Below, piece after piece: positions 11,842 to 24,100 of a stretch of DNA of 64,000 nt. The notes beneath the pieces are model-generated. The model was not told where the DNA came from, did no database searches, and was given only the letters and a program-made list of their open reading frames with translations. Positions within the stretch are counted from its first letter, which is position 1; each line of letters begins with the position of its first letter. Both the position numbers and the translations under genes were made by a program. The DNA is from Basidiobolus meristosporus CBS 931.73. Taxonomy: Eukaryota > Fungi > Basidiobolomycota. The stretch is from assembly GCA_002104905.1 (NCBI GenBank), contig MCFE01000459.1:1-64000 (forward strand), written 5' to 3'.

Positions 11842-12768
11842 TTGATTCAAACCGCCTCCATACAATCATCCATCAATTTTAATCTGACTTACTCATCTGA
11901 ATGGTCTTTTCTCATCAATCCCATCACTACCACTGGATTTCCTTTTGACACACTGGAGGAGATCTATACCAAGTACTGTGGACCATCAACCCCAATCTAC
12001 TCAAGGAGATCCCTTGTTAAGCTTCTCTGCTATTACAAGAACTATTGCCCTACAAGGTTTCATCCCACCATCCATGGCAACAAAAGTCCTAGAAGCTTTC
12101 ATTCCCAGCTGACAGCAATGGAGAACCACCTTGCAGAGGGTATGAATGACTTAGAGCAAGCTTGGAATACTAGGTTCAGAAGCTCCAATAGACTTCCATA
12201 TCCCAGAGTGTTCAGCAACAGGTTCCATATCAGGAGTATTTTGGATACCTTCCCAGTGAGGATTAACAGACCTTCTAGAGGGCAGAGGCACTTTTATTCT
12301 GGCAAGTACAAGGCACACTGTGTGAAGTTTCAAGCACTGTCTGACATTGAGGGTAACATCATCTGGTTTAGTGGGCCATTTGCTGGAAGTAGGCATGACA
12401 AAGCACTCTGGGTAGAGAATCATCCTGAATTCAGTAGAGGGGAGAAATGTATGGCAGACTTAGCCTATATAGGAGAGGATTGTCAGAGATTAGGATGTAT
12501 TACAGCTTATAGGAAGCCAAGGAATGGTGTGCTTAGCAGGAAGCAGAAGCTCTACAATGAGATATTTAATCATTTCAGAGTAAGTGTAGAGCACACATTT
12601 GGATATCTGAAGAGATTCAGCATATTGGCAGGTAAATACAGAGGAAAGTCATATATAGGTGAAAACAGCAGAATAGGTAAAATAGTTAAGATACTTATTA
12701 ATGCACAGTATGTTCATACAAGAAGACATCCACTGAGAGAAATGTGTCTGGAGCATTATGAAGAGTAA
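11842..12768 (+). CDS. DDE_Tnp_4-type (PIF/Harbinger-ISL2-related) transposase; start uncertain
   Basis: 308-aa open frame with D(TFPV), GSRH-D, A-D-LAY and V-E-HTFGYLK motifs, and YSGKYKAHCVKFQ. The ORF start is a TTG, so the true start or an upstream exon is unresolved. Confidence 0.85.
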   Translation: MIQTASIQSSINFNLTYSSEWSFLINPITTTGFPFDTLEEIYTKYCGPSTPIYSRRSLVKLLCYYKNYCPTRFHPTIHGNKSPRSFHSQLTAMENHLAEGMNDLEQAWNTRFRSSNRLPYPRVFSNRFHIRSILDTFPVRINRPSRGQRHFYSGKYKAHCVKFQALSDIEGNIIWFSGPFAGSRHDKALWVENHPEFSRGEKCMADLAYIGEDCQRLGCITAYRKPRNGVLSRKQKLYNEIFNHFRVSVEHTFGYLKRFSILAGKYRGKSYIGENSRIGKIVKILINAQYVHTRRHPLREMCLEHYEE

Positions 12769-13555
12769 ATAAAGCAAGGAAAGCACTATTCTGAGCAACA
12801 TAAGTAAGATTGAGTAAAATTACCAGTAACTGTATCATACCACTGGCATCATGGTAGAAATTATAGTGCCAGATAGTGCCGTAGAGTGCCAGATTGATCC
12901 AGCACTATAAATAGGCTGGCACTATGTGGCACTATCCAACAGAACAAGTCTATTTATACCCTCTGCAAGGTGGTTCTCCAGTGCTGTCAGCTGGGAATGA
13001 AAGCTTCTAGGACTTTTACTACCATAGATGGTGGGATGAAACCTTGTAGGGCAATAGTTCTTGTAATAGCAGAGAAGCTTAACAAGGGATCTCCTTGATT
13101 AGATTGCGGAAGATGGACCACAGTACTTGGTATAGATCTCCTCTAGTGTATCAAAAGGAAATCCTGTGGTAGTGATGGGATTGATGAGAAAACACCATTC
13201 AGATGAGTAAGTCATATGAAAATTGGAAAGGATTGGGCTGAGATGCTTTGATTTGATTTGGCGCAATCAGCTTTATTTATCTCATTTTCCATGCATTATG
13301 ATTAAATCTCAATCAATTGCCATGTATCCCATCATTATGTTGCAAAAATCATCCTCAAACAATGGCTGAGTATTTTTATTGATGTTTTACTCACAAGTCT
13401 ATAATCAAATAGGAAATCTGTGATTGATGTGATCTGATTTGTGTCAAAGCAATCCAAGATGCATCATGCATAATATATGGAATATTCAAAAATCACATTA
13501 GTTTTCATATATATTTCATATAAGACCAGTTTGATGCCTATACACCACTATACAA

Positions 13556-15894
13556 GTGTCCAAATCCAACACTATGGTCCCTATACCAAGTCTCAACTCT
13601 TCTTCAGCTCAAATCAGACAAAACCCATCCCCCAGCTCACAAGCATCGTCCGTACTGGAAAAGGCAATATTGGATCCGTTCAAGTTCTTGCCAAATAATT
13701 TCAGTATGGCCCAAGTTTCTATGATGAGCCTTCATACAGATATTTGGGCACTACTCATTAATCTAGCAGAACTATATACCTTGGAGAGTTGACAGAGATG
13801 GAAGAACCTGAGTAGAAAGTTGTGACATGAGTTCTACATCAAGATGCCAGCAGATATATGTAAGAAGATATATAACAAGACAAGTATTGAAATCAAGAAT
13901 GAGCTGAGAGTGAGGGGATTTGACAAGGAAGCCACACAGGAACAATTTTGCATACAATTTGCACAGTACAGACTAGACGCGTCTATTTGTGCCTTGACTT
14001 TGGGAACCAAAGATATTTTGAATGAGTTTTTGCCTCAAATGACTAATGTATTACATGACATATTAGTAGAGCTAAGTGGCTTCCAAGAGCAATACTCACA
14101 GGACTCATCCAGGCTACAGTTGCAAAGTATTAGACAGAGGGTAAGTGAATACCTTGAGGAATCAGAAGGTGAGCTTCATGAGGAGGAATTCAGACCGCAA
14201 CCAACATTGTCTAGATTGCACCAGCACACCTTGCTGGATTCCTTACCACCCCTTGCAACTTCAGCGCGCCTGCGCACATTGTAGTGGGGTGACAGTGACA
14301 CCCACTGACAGATGTGCTCATTCCCATATTTACTACTTCCCTATATCTCTACTACACTTATTTTAGTTTTGTCCCATTTGTCTTACCTGATCAGTACTAT
14401 CCCATAAGCTGGTTGACTATTACACCTGCTTACTGTATTCCATAAGTTGTCCTTCACTCTATGTAAGATTACTAGCTATAAGTGCTTCTATATTAGGCAA
14501 GTATCCATACTAGTACCCATGACACATGATCAACCCCTGTCACCATCCCTACCATTTCCATACCATATATGGTATCCCTATGTTATACAGGTTTCAGAAT
14601 ACTGATTCCTGATTGGTTGGATGTGCTGTGCCTCTTAGAACCTTCCAGCTTCTGCTTAGAACATTCTTTGGTCATTCTGATGTCATTAAGATTTCTATTG
14701 ATATCTAAAACCTTCTGGAACACCATGATTAGTGATCACTTAGCCAGTAAGAAAAGTATATAAAGGAGGCTATCCCTCATCAATAAATCATTATCCCTTT
14801 GATCAATATACCAACTTGTGGATTAGTGTGATCACTGCTACCCGCTGCTACCTGAACTTCCAACCCCAGATCACAGGACACTCCCAGGAAACTGCGCTGA
14901 CAGCCAACTGACCTTGGAGGCACTACTTATGAGGAATACTCAGAGTAGGTATCTGTTATTATATTTGATTCTTTCCCAATTTGTTCTTGTACAGGCAAAG
15001 GTACTTTTATGTCTTTGTAACTATTGACCACAGCTGCATTCTTATCAAGTCCCTGCTGGTGGAGTTTATAGTTGTTTTGACTTTGGAAGCTTTAGTACAT
15101 TGTCATCTCAAAGGACTCTGAACCCAGCACATACTTTTGTTAAGACACCAACTAAGTTGGGGATTGTAGCTCAATAGCTTTCCCTTGACAAGCTTGTGGC
15201 TTCATTCCCCATCATATTAGATTAGAGACAGAACCCAAGTATTCCTAGCAAGCCTTTGCCAGAGATTATTGAACCCAGTGAACACCTCTCACACAAAACA
15301 CTTGAGAAGTGTTGGACGTATCTCTCCCTTGGACTTATACACCACCACAATGTCAGTCAAAACTACACCAACACCCTTCACAAGAGCGCCCTGCATTGAC
15401 TCAATGTGAATTGGGTAAACACACGCACTTCAGAGCAATCCACCAGAACCTGCCAAACTGCTCAAAAAGACACAAGTCCATTGGAGCAAGCCAAATCATG
15501 TCAACAAGCGGCATCACATTGAACTCAGCCAAGGGCCAAGCCAGCACATCAAGTTGCATCTGCATGTGCCATTACACCTGACCATCAGCAAGTTTCTACT
15601 GGTGAACTGACGGATGATGACCCACATGAAGTGCCTCCACCACCAGAGCCTTTGGCAAGTAAAAGAACATGTCAGCACATAGCACTGCAGGCCAGCTCAG
15701 TTGCATCATCCGGAGCAATTCAGCGTGGCCAAGCTGCAGTATTGCACTCATCAACCGGGAGGCAAAATACTGTCTACAAATACACAAGTAGCCAAGATGA
15801 TAGTCAACAAGAAAGTAATTTAGGTGTGCAAAGTGAATAACTAACAAATGCTTCAGTAATAATCCCTGTGAGAAAAAAGCCTAGGAGAAGATGA
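13556..15894 (+). pseudogene. Outer PHIS ORF2, split by LTR-B copy 2
   Basis: Homologous to 10264-11524(-) with additional stops; ends CCTAGGAGAAGATGA. Confidence 0.8.
14280..15349. mobile_element. LTR-B, probable solo LTR (1070 bp), copy 2
   Basis: TGTAGTGGGG...CACCACCACA. Flanks ACAT (14276-14279) and ATGT (15350-15353); the uninterrupted host site is ACGT (174-177 in the 1-720 copy). Confidence 0.85.
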
Positions 15895-16640
15895 TGCAAT
15901 TGCATTGAGTTGCTGTTATCTGTAATGAACCAAACAACTCATTTATTTTGCAAACCACATTGAGCCATTGCAAATCAGTGATCTCTAAATTTTTGATATA
16001 AGCAATATTAAGGTTGTCTCACACTTGAGACAGGACCGCTATGAATAGACACCCTGCATATGCATACATCATCTGTGACACCAGTGCAGCCATTTGATCT
16101 GATTTGCACCCATACAATTGGTTGTGTGCTAGCTATGACACCTGGTCCAATCACTAGGATCAGGGATTTACTTGCTTAATGGGCAAAATGGGATATTTGA
16201 TGGCAAATCAGGTAACTTGTGTATTGATCAATGAGCCAATTGGGGGCTGAAAGCTTCAGGGTACTTTTGGACCAATTAACCACTGAGATACCATGCAATT
16301 GGGGTGATGGTTACCAAAATGGTAAGTATCAGTGTAGCTTATAGTGTGATATGCATTTATTTCCATTTTCATTGAAGAAACATATCCAAATACTGGGTTT
16401 TACCTACCATAATAGCGGTATCCAATTGCAGACGTGATGCAAACAATGCAAGTGGGCACAATCTTTTGTGCATACTTCATTGTGTCAGATTGTGCTATAG
16501 TGTGCAAGATTGTCCCACATGGTGCAAAATTGTCCAAGAGCAATTCAGCCTACTGGTAGCTACAATATTGCGCCCAATTGTTCTTAAAGACCATGGATTG
16601 TGCCGTGCACCCTGGCAGAGTACAATGGAAGAGGTCTAAT

Positions 16641-17545
16641 CTTCTGTCATATGGAAGGTGAGTTCTGAGTCCTCTTCAAGTTCATCCTCCTTGTTACTAT
16701 GCTCCAGGGCCTCAATGTGGTTAAATTTTTGTGATGGCTGGTGTCCGTTTCTTCTCCAAGGGCAGTACTTTGCAATATGTCCCTGCTGGTGGCAATTGCA
16801 GCAAAGTCCTTTCTTCTTACATTCTTCTGATGAAGGTTTCTTCTGCATAGCATCTATTTCCATTGGCACTGCTTCTGATTGTCTTCTTGCATAGTGATTG
16901 CAGTCTCTCTGATTAGTCATTGAGGGCTCCCCAACTCCAAACATAGCTGAGTCATAGTCAAAGGCAATCTTGATGGCTGCTTCAATAGTCTAAGATCCTC
17001 AATTATTCACTTCCTTACAAGTTCTTTCTTACAACCAATCAATAAAGTATTCAACTTGATCCAGAGGGTCCATTATTTCAATTTGCCCAAGTAGACATCT
17101 ATATTCATAGATGTACTCTTGGACCATTCCTTACTGTCTGAGTTTCTTCAGCTTTCTTCTTAGCAGTGTCTGTAGTTGTGGGGGTCAAAGGCATCCTGAA
17201 CTTCTGGCACAAACTCATCCCAGGTAGAGATTGTAGAGTATCCCATCATGGTGGCTCACCTGCACTTGTTGTGGTACCACTGAAAAGCTGCATCTGCCAG
17301 GTAAGAGGCTGCAAAATGTAACTTGCTTTCTGGAGCAATTCAGTTGGCCTTGAAAGCTTCTTGAATCTGGAAGAGCTAAGTTCCAGGTTTTCATTGACTC
17401 TATCATGGTATCAGTTGACCTTCACACTAAAGTTGCTTGTAACAGGGTTTTGCTGGCTTTGGGCCATGGAAGTCATTCCTTGTTGCTGCTGGGCCAGGAA
17501 TTGTTGCATAGTATTCTTCCATTCTGAATTTTTGGACATCTTGAG
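16641..17545 (-). pseudogene. gag: Gypsy-A gag remnant
   Basis: PMEIDAMQ and [14 protein letters not shown] zinc knuckle in ORF 16636-16944; collinear with 21198-22130. Confidence 0.85.
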
Positions 17546-17853
17546 GGAGGCTTCTTTTTTCTTCAGGAGGGATGTTTCTGGTTATTGCTACTATCAATAT
17601 TACAAGTCTTGGTATACAAGTTGTAGAGGAATAAGGAGTTTAGCTAGTATTGTATTCACTAAAATGGTAACTGATCTTTATTGAGGTTCCAGCAGCTCCT
17701 TATATACATTTTGCCAGATCAATTGCTGACTAATTGTATTTCCTAATGTAGGCTATGGCTGACAACTCATTTGATTGCATCATCATCACCCAATGAGTTC
17801 CTACTTAATAAATCTACTCCTGACTGATAAGGATCTGCCGATTCATTTGCTAA

Positions 17854-19216
17854 TTATTCCAGAATAGCCAAGATCCAACTAGCACTTTTACCATTATTGT
17901 GTAATTGCCCTGAAACTGCTACAGAATGCTCCTGAGTATTCTGAGACTCTTCTCACTCAATGTTATAGCTGCATTACATCTGTAAATGTTTCAATACAGA
18001 GCATTCTAATGAATAAGTAACGGTTCAACTATTAGCATTCTCTCTTGATAAGTTTCTTGTATCCAAAACATATCTTATATTCAAACAGGTTTTAAGCCCC
18101 AATTCCCTTAATCTGTTTCAAAGATGACTTCTACAACTAAACAGAAAAATACAAACATCCTTCCTGTAAAACAGAGGTTTGATAGGAATAACTACAGACT
18201 CTGAAGAGTAAAGATGCAGATCCTCCTTCAAGAAAGAAAGCACTGGATTATAGTGACAGGAAAGGAAGTTGGGTCAAAGGAACAGAAGAAGTTTCCAAGT
18301 GTTGAGAGAAGGAGAAGAAAGATGCTAATGCCAACGTTTATATCAACAAGATTCTTTTGTTGGACAAATTCAAGCTTATAGCAATGTTAAAACTGCACCA
18401 AAGTTCTTAGAGTAAACTTTCAGGGCAAAGTAGACCGCAAGCAAGCTTTATTCAAGAAAGAGTTCATTAATATGATGCATAAGTCAGAAGATGATATGCT
18501 TCAACTCATCAACAGAATAGATAGAGTTGTAGAAGAACCTTGCAGTGTTAATGCTGGTGAGGATGATGACGTTAGGATACATTGTCTACTTTGCAGCCTA
18601 CCAGCTAAGTATGCACCACTGATGTATTCTTTTGAAAGTAGTGAAGACAATCTGATATTTCACTACGTCAAAGAAAGACCTCTCCAAAAGATCTAAGAAA
18701 ATGCTTCATTAAGCACAGAAAGACACACAAAAAAAAGGGAAAGCAACAAATCTGGAGAATACCTGGCTGATATAACAATTGTAAGAAGCCTGGACATTGG
18801 GCAAGAGAATGCAAGAAGAGGCAGGAAGAAATAAAATATATATTAGAGCAGGCAAGCCATAGAAACTCAGACAAATGGCCATTTTTAACTGTACAGGATA
18901 GTGCAAATAACTAATGTTAAGAATGGTGTATTGACTCTGTAGCATTGCTGTATAGTGGCTGTGTAAAGGAGTGGTTTAAAACTTAAGTACTATCAATGCC
19001 AGTAAGTTAATCTGGGAGGCAACTCTTTATTAGAAGCTACTGCCAGTGTGTCTACACAGCTTAATATGACTGATATCTCAGGGGCAACAATATAAGAGCT
19101 AACTGACTTACTCATATGCTTGGAGTAGTCAAGAACTGCTTCTCATTGAGTAAGCAACTACTTGAGGGCTAAATTTGGTTTTTACTAAGCTGAGCTCCTC
19201 CATATTTAGTGAAAAT
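17854..19216 (+). mobile_element. Old Copia-C-related fragment (partial LTR, decayed PBS, gag, protease)
   Basis: Similar to 30880-32270; PBS-like GGTTTTAAGCCC at ~18088; ORF 18472-18696 matches the Copia-C gag. Confidence 0.75.
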
Positions 19217-19800
19217 TGATGCTGCTTATTGATGAAAAGACAAAATATCCAAGCAGCTGTGGTGGTATTAGAAGTATGAATTTGCCCTATGTAGGAATAT
19301 TGCACATTGATACATATAGCATTAAGGTTTTATTGCTCCTTTTCTTAAAGCTTTTCAACTTTGTCTGCTGTGCTGTTGGGCTTAACTTTTTTTCCCACTA
19401 CTATATTCTAAACCTCTCTTTCCTCAAGGTGAATCTGCATCTTGATTCTACAAAGTGCTTAGTTATTCTTATCAAACCTCTCTTTTACAGGGGAGAGGTT
19501 TAAATTGCTCTGTTTACTGACAGAAGTCTTCATTAGGGTAGATTAAGGGAATGGGAGCACATAAACTGTTGTATTTTTTGAAGTGTTCTGGATATATGGA
19601 ACTTATCAAGATAGAATGACAATAGTTGAGCTGTTGTTTTTCTGTAAAGAGGCGCTACTGTACTATCTTTGAAGAAGTAATACAACTACAATGCTAAGTA
19701 AGTAGAGCTTCTTAGCATTCAGGAGTATTACAAAGCAGTATTTGGGCTAGTGCAGAGTGCCAATGAGCTCTTGACCAAAAAGCAATAATTGAAGTATTAT
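19217..19800 (-). mobile_element. Old Copia-C-related fragment (LTR end and gag start), converging on the previous fragment
   Basis: Reverse complement resembles the LTR end and gag 5' region at 30900-31450. Confidence 0.65.
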
Positions 19801-20771
19801 GGATCTCAAAGAAAGTGTCAAAGTTAGGGCTATCAAATAGTCCTACAGTGACTGGGACCAGTCCAGAATAATCCGGTCTATATTTGGCTGATGAAAGATA
19901 CCAGATGGTCTCATATGTTTACACAAACAGACTTAATATTGTATATATCACAAATTTAGTGTACATTTGTGTACTATGCTTAGATTTAAGCTGCAAAAGA
20001 ATGTATTGCTTAAATCATGACAGATGATTGCAGCTCAACACAATGGCATTGTCACCTCCTAGTTTTTTTTCACAAAGAGAAGCCAAATCACTCCAGCAGG
20101 TGTTACATAGCCTTGCTCTGACTCCTTTGACTTGCCAAAGGCTCCTATGATGAAGGTACTTGTGGTGGGTCTTTGTCAGTCAGTTCTCCAGATGTAAATT
20201 GCTGCTGGCCAGGTTTGACATCATGAACAGGCACAACATGAAATACTGTCATGGGCCCTGGCTTAGCTTGATGTGATGCTGTATGTATAGGTAACTTGGC
20301 CTGTGCATGTAGACTTGTGTCTAATTAGGCGGCTTGGCAAGCTCTTGTAACTTTGCTCTGAGCTATGTATCTTGACCTAACATGCATTAACTTAGTGAAT
20401 GATGCTCTTGCCACAGATGCCAGTGTAGATTGAAATGAAGTGCTCCAGCTCACTATTATTTCAAGACTTGTAAAAAATCCAACCAGGTATGCTGGTTGTA
20501 TCTTGCCTCAGTTGCACATGGTTGGTTTTATTCCTCTTGAGGTAAGCTTGCATGTTTCTCAAGATATTCACCTACCTGCCTTCCAATTTCTTGAAACTGA
20601 TGCCTCAGTAAGTCTTGGGAAATTGATCTTGAATGCAACTGCACTCTTCCCATTTTTCACATAGACATTAGTAACTTGAGACAAAAAGTTATTCAAGATC
20701 TTCATTGTTCCCAAAGCTAGGGCACAAACATATGCATCTGGTTGGTAGTGCACATGTTGTGTGTGTAGTTG

Positions 20772-21139
20772 TGTTATGATCTGCCGCTTGAATGTTTAAG
20801 TTAGATCAGTTTTTAGTCAAATCAGTTAGTATATGTTTAGGTTATCAGTACATCAGTATTATCTATGAAATCAGTAGCATTAGTCAGCAAATGAATCAGC
20901 AGATCCTTATCAGACAGAAATAGATATATTAAGTAGGATCTTATTGGGTGATGATGATGCAATCAAATGAGTCATCAGCCACAACCTACATTAGGAAATA
21001 CAATTAGTCAGCAATTGATCTGGCAAAATGTATATAAGGAGCTGCTGGAACCTCAATAAAAATCAGTTCAAGTTTTAGTGAATACAATACTAGCTAAACT
21101 CCCTATTCCTCTACAACTCTTATACCAAGACTTGTAACA
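20772..21139 (+). repeat. Gypsy-A 5' LTR
   Basis: TGTTATGATC...GACTTGTAACA; contains TATATAA and AATAAA motifs; no difference from the 3' LTR seen on reading. Confidence 0.96.
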
Positions 21140-21140
21140 T

Positions 21141-21151
21141 TGGTAGCAGCG
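21141..21151 (+). promoter_or_regulatory. Gypsy-A primer-binding site (probably tRNAiMet 3' end)
   Basis: TGGTAGCAGCG, one base after the LTR. TGGTAGCAG is complementary to the ...CUGCUACCA end of many eukaryotic initiator tRNAs. Confidence 0.65.
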
Positions 21152-21197
21152 ATAACCAGAAACCTCCCTCCTGAAGAAAGAAGAAACCACCCTCAAG

Positions 21198-24100
21198 ATG
21201 TCGGACAATCAAGAATGGAAGAATGCCATGCAGCAAATCCTGGCCCAACAGCAACAGCTACTCCAGATCCTCAGCCAACAGCAACAAGGAATGACTACCA
21301 TGGCTCAGAGCCAGCAAAGCCCTGTCAAGAGCAACTTTAGTGTGAAGGTCAACCGGTACCATGGCAGAGTCAATGAAAACCTGGGAACTTGGCTCTTTCA
21401 GATTGAAGAAGCTTTTAAAGCTAAAGGAATTGCTCCAGAGAGCAAGTTGCATTATGCAGCTTCTTACCTGGCAGATGCAGCTTTACAGTGGTACCACAAC
21501 AAGATCAGGTCAGCTACTATGATGGGATGCTCTACAATCTCTACCTGGGATGAGTTTGTGTCGGAAATTCAGGATGCTTTTGAACCTCCACACCAGCAGA
21601 CACTACTAAGAAGGAAGTTAAAGACACTCAGACAGAAAGGAATGGTGCAAGAATACATCTATGAGTACAGATGTCTACTTGGACAAATTGAAAGAATGGA
21701 CCCCTTGGATCAAGTTGAATACTTTATTGATGGGTTGAAAGAAAGAACTCGCAAGGAAGTCAATTACCGAAGACCTCAGACTATTGAAGAAGCCATCAAG
21801 ATTGCCATTGACTATGACTCAGCTATGTTTGGAGTTGGGAAGCCTACAGTGACTAGTCAGAAAGGCTATAATCATTATGAAAGAAGACAATCAGAAGCAG
21901 TACCAATGGAAATAGACGCTATGCAGAAGAATCCCTCCTCAGAAGAATGCAAGAAGAGAGGACTTTGCTTCAATTGCCACCAGCAGGGACATATTGCAAA
22001 GTACTGCCCTCAGAGAAGAAATGGACACCAGCCAACAAGAACCTTCAACCATATTGAGTCCCATGAACACAATAATGAGGAAGATGAGCTTGAAGAAGAC
22101 TCGGAACTCACCTTCCATATGACAGAAGAGTACTTGTCCCAAATGACTTCAAACTCAGGGAAGTTATTGTACCTGAATGGAGCAATCAATGGAGTACCTG
22201 CCAAGATCATGATTGACTCAGGAGCATCGCATGAGTACATGTCAGAGCAATTTGCTTTGAAAGCTGGAATCAACTCGGAACCTACCAAATCAACTTCAGT
22301 CTCCACAGCTGATGGGAACTCCCACATAATCAACCGTATTACCCAGCCAGTAAGAATGAAGATCAATGACTATGAAGAAGACCTACAGGCTTATATATTT
22401 GGGAACTGCAAGTTTGACCTTGTACTTGGGAAAACCTGGCTATTTTGTCGTAATCCATCAATCAACTGGAGAACCCATGCTACTCAGATCCAAAAAGACA
22501 ACAAGACCTATGAGCTATTACCTGCCAGGCTGGATTTCAACTTGGTCAATTCCAGTGTGTGTGAGACAAGTGAACTTAGCAAGACCCAGTTCTGTAGAGC
22601 ACTTAGAAAAGGTACCCAGATGTTCCTCATGGCGGTATTACAGGAGGATTCCTCTGTCCCAGCACCCCAGCAGGTCCAGACTCTCTTGAAGAAATATTCA
22701 GACGTGTTTCCAGATGAGCTTGTAAGCCTACCACCAGTCAGAGATGTGGATCATGCCATTGACACAGGAGATAGCCCTCCAGTGAGCAAGACACCTTACA
22801 GAATGAGTCCATTGGAATTGGAGGAAATGAAGAAACAAATTGATCAGCTATTGGAGCAAGGATACATCAGGCCCAGCAAGTCACCTTGGGGAGCACCAGT
22901 GCTTTTTGTGAAAAAGAAGGATGGAACACTTAGGATGTGCATTGACTACAGAGCCCTGAACTCAGTTACCGTCAAGAATAAGTACCCCATACCTCGGATT
23001 GATGAGCTTTTGGACCAACTTAATGGAGCCACTATTTTCAGCAAGATCGACCTCATGTCAGGATACAACCAGATTAGGGTGAAACCAGAAGATATCCCTA
23101 AGACAGCATTCAGGACCAGATACGGACATTACAAGTACTTAGTCATGAGTTTTGGCCTCACTAATGCCCCTGCAACATTCATGACGCTGATGCAGACTGT
23201 CTTTCAGGAGTACTTAGACAAGTTTGTGATAATCTACCTGGATGACATATTGATATACAGCAAGACAGAAAAGGATCACATGGTGCACATTGAAAAGGTC
23301 TTGAAGAAACTAAGAGAGAACAAGCTATACGGCAAGCTAGCCAAGTGTGAATTCTTCAAGGAACACGTAGAATATCTGGGACACATAGTGACTAGCACAG
23401 GAGTAACCTTAGACCCCAAGAAGGTGGAAGTAATCAAGAATTTGAAGCAGCCCCATAGCATATCAGAACTCAGATCCTTCCTTGGAATGGTTTCCTATTA
23501 TCGGAGATTTGTCAAGTCATTTGCAAGTATTGCAGCCCCTTTAACTGATATCCTCAAGAAAGACAATACCTACAAGTGGGACATAGCTTGTGAGACTGCC
23601 TTCCAGACACTAAAGAATGAACTTGCTAAGCTGCCAAGCTTAAGAATACCAGACTTCAGAAAAGAGTTCACTCTGTGCACAGATGCTTCAGATTATGCAA
23701 TTGGTGGAGTGCTGAGCCAAGAACACGAGGGAAAGGACTACCCTGTTGCCTTTGAATCCAAGAAACTGAACTCAGCAGAACAAAACTATCCAGTTCATGA
23801 GAAGGAGATGCTTGCTATAATACACTGTTTGAAGACATGGAGATGCTATATTGAAGGAGTCAAATGCACTGTGAAGACTGATCATGCCTCCCTCAAGTAT
23901 ATATTTACTCAGAAGGTACTCTCTAGAAGAATGACAAGATGGAGTGAATACATTCAGCAATTTGACCTGGAGATTGTCTACTGTCCTGGAAAAAACAACA
24001 CGGTTGCTGATGCCTTATCAAGATTAGATCAAGTTGCACAACTCAACTTGGTGCATGAATCAGATTGGCCTAGCCTATTACCAAAGTACTTGGAGGACCA

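Larger units (their letters stand above)
9521..12951 (+). mobile_element. Full-length PHIS (Pangu-like) DNA transposon, 3431 bp
   Basis: 10-bp TIR AGACTTGTTC / GAACAAGTCT; perfect ATT duplication (9518-9520, 12952-12954); two divergent ORFs; subterminal ATAGTGCC/GGCACTAT repeats at 12860-12935. Confidence 0.93.
8898..13260 (-). pseudogene. Outer PHIS DDE transposase, split by the inner copy (8898-9520 and 12955-~13260)
   Basis: DTFPVRINRP, GSRHD, ADLAY and VEHKFG motifs in ORF 9024-9425; frameshifted; rejoins as GAGGGTATA-AAT-GACTTAG. Confidence 0.85.
8725..16637 (-). mobile_element. PHIS element, outer copy (transposase on minus strand), inserted at the Gypsy-A gag/PR boundary
   Basis: Degenerate ends AGACTTGTAC (8725) and GAAGAGGTCT (16637); flanks ATT/AAT (one mismatch). 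Removing the element and one 3-bp flank restores Gypsy codons TEEYL. Contains the inner PHIS copy and LTR-B copy 2. Confidence 0.88.
5357..17853 (-). mobile_element. Gypsy-A LTR retrotransposon, degenerate copy hosting nested insertions
   Basis: 3' LTR at 5357-5712 plus 6786-6797, split by LTR-B. pol remnants at 6810-8721, gag at 16641-17545, decayed PBS at 17581-17597, partial 5' LTR at 17598-~17853. Collinear with 20772-25709. Confidence 0.85.

Noticed and set aside
12860-12940. Short repeated ATAGTGCC units as a CRISPR-like or satellite array
   Set aside because: Irregular, present in both orientations, with no spacers; these are ordinary subterminal transposase-binding repeats.
14840-14853. 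CGCTGCTACC in LTR-B is complementary to the Gypsy-A PBS (possible trans-priming)
   Set aside because: Only a 10-bp match, not conserved in copy 3 (CCTGCTGCTACC), and tRNAiMet priming explains the PBS more simply.
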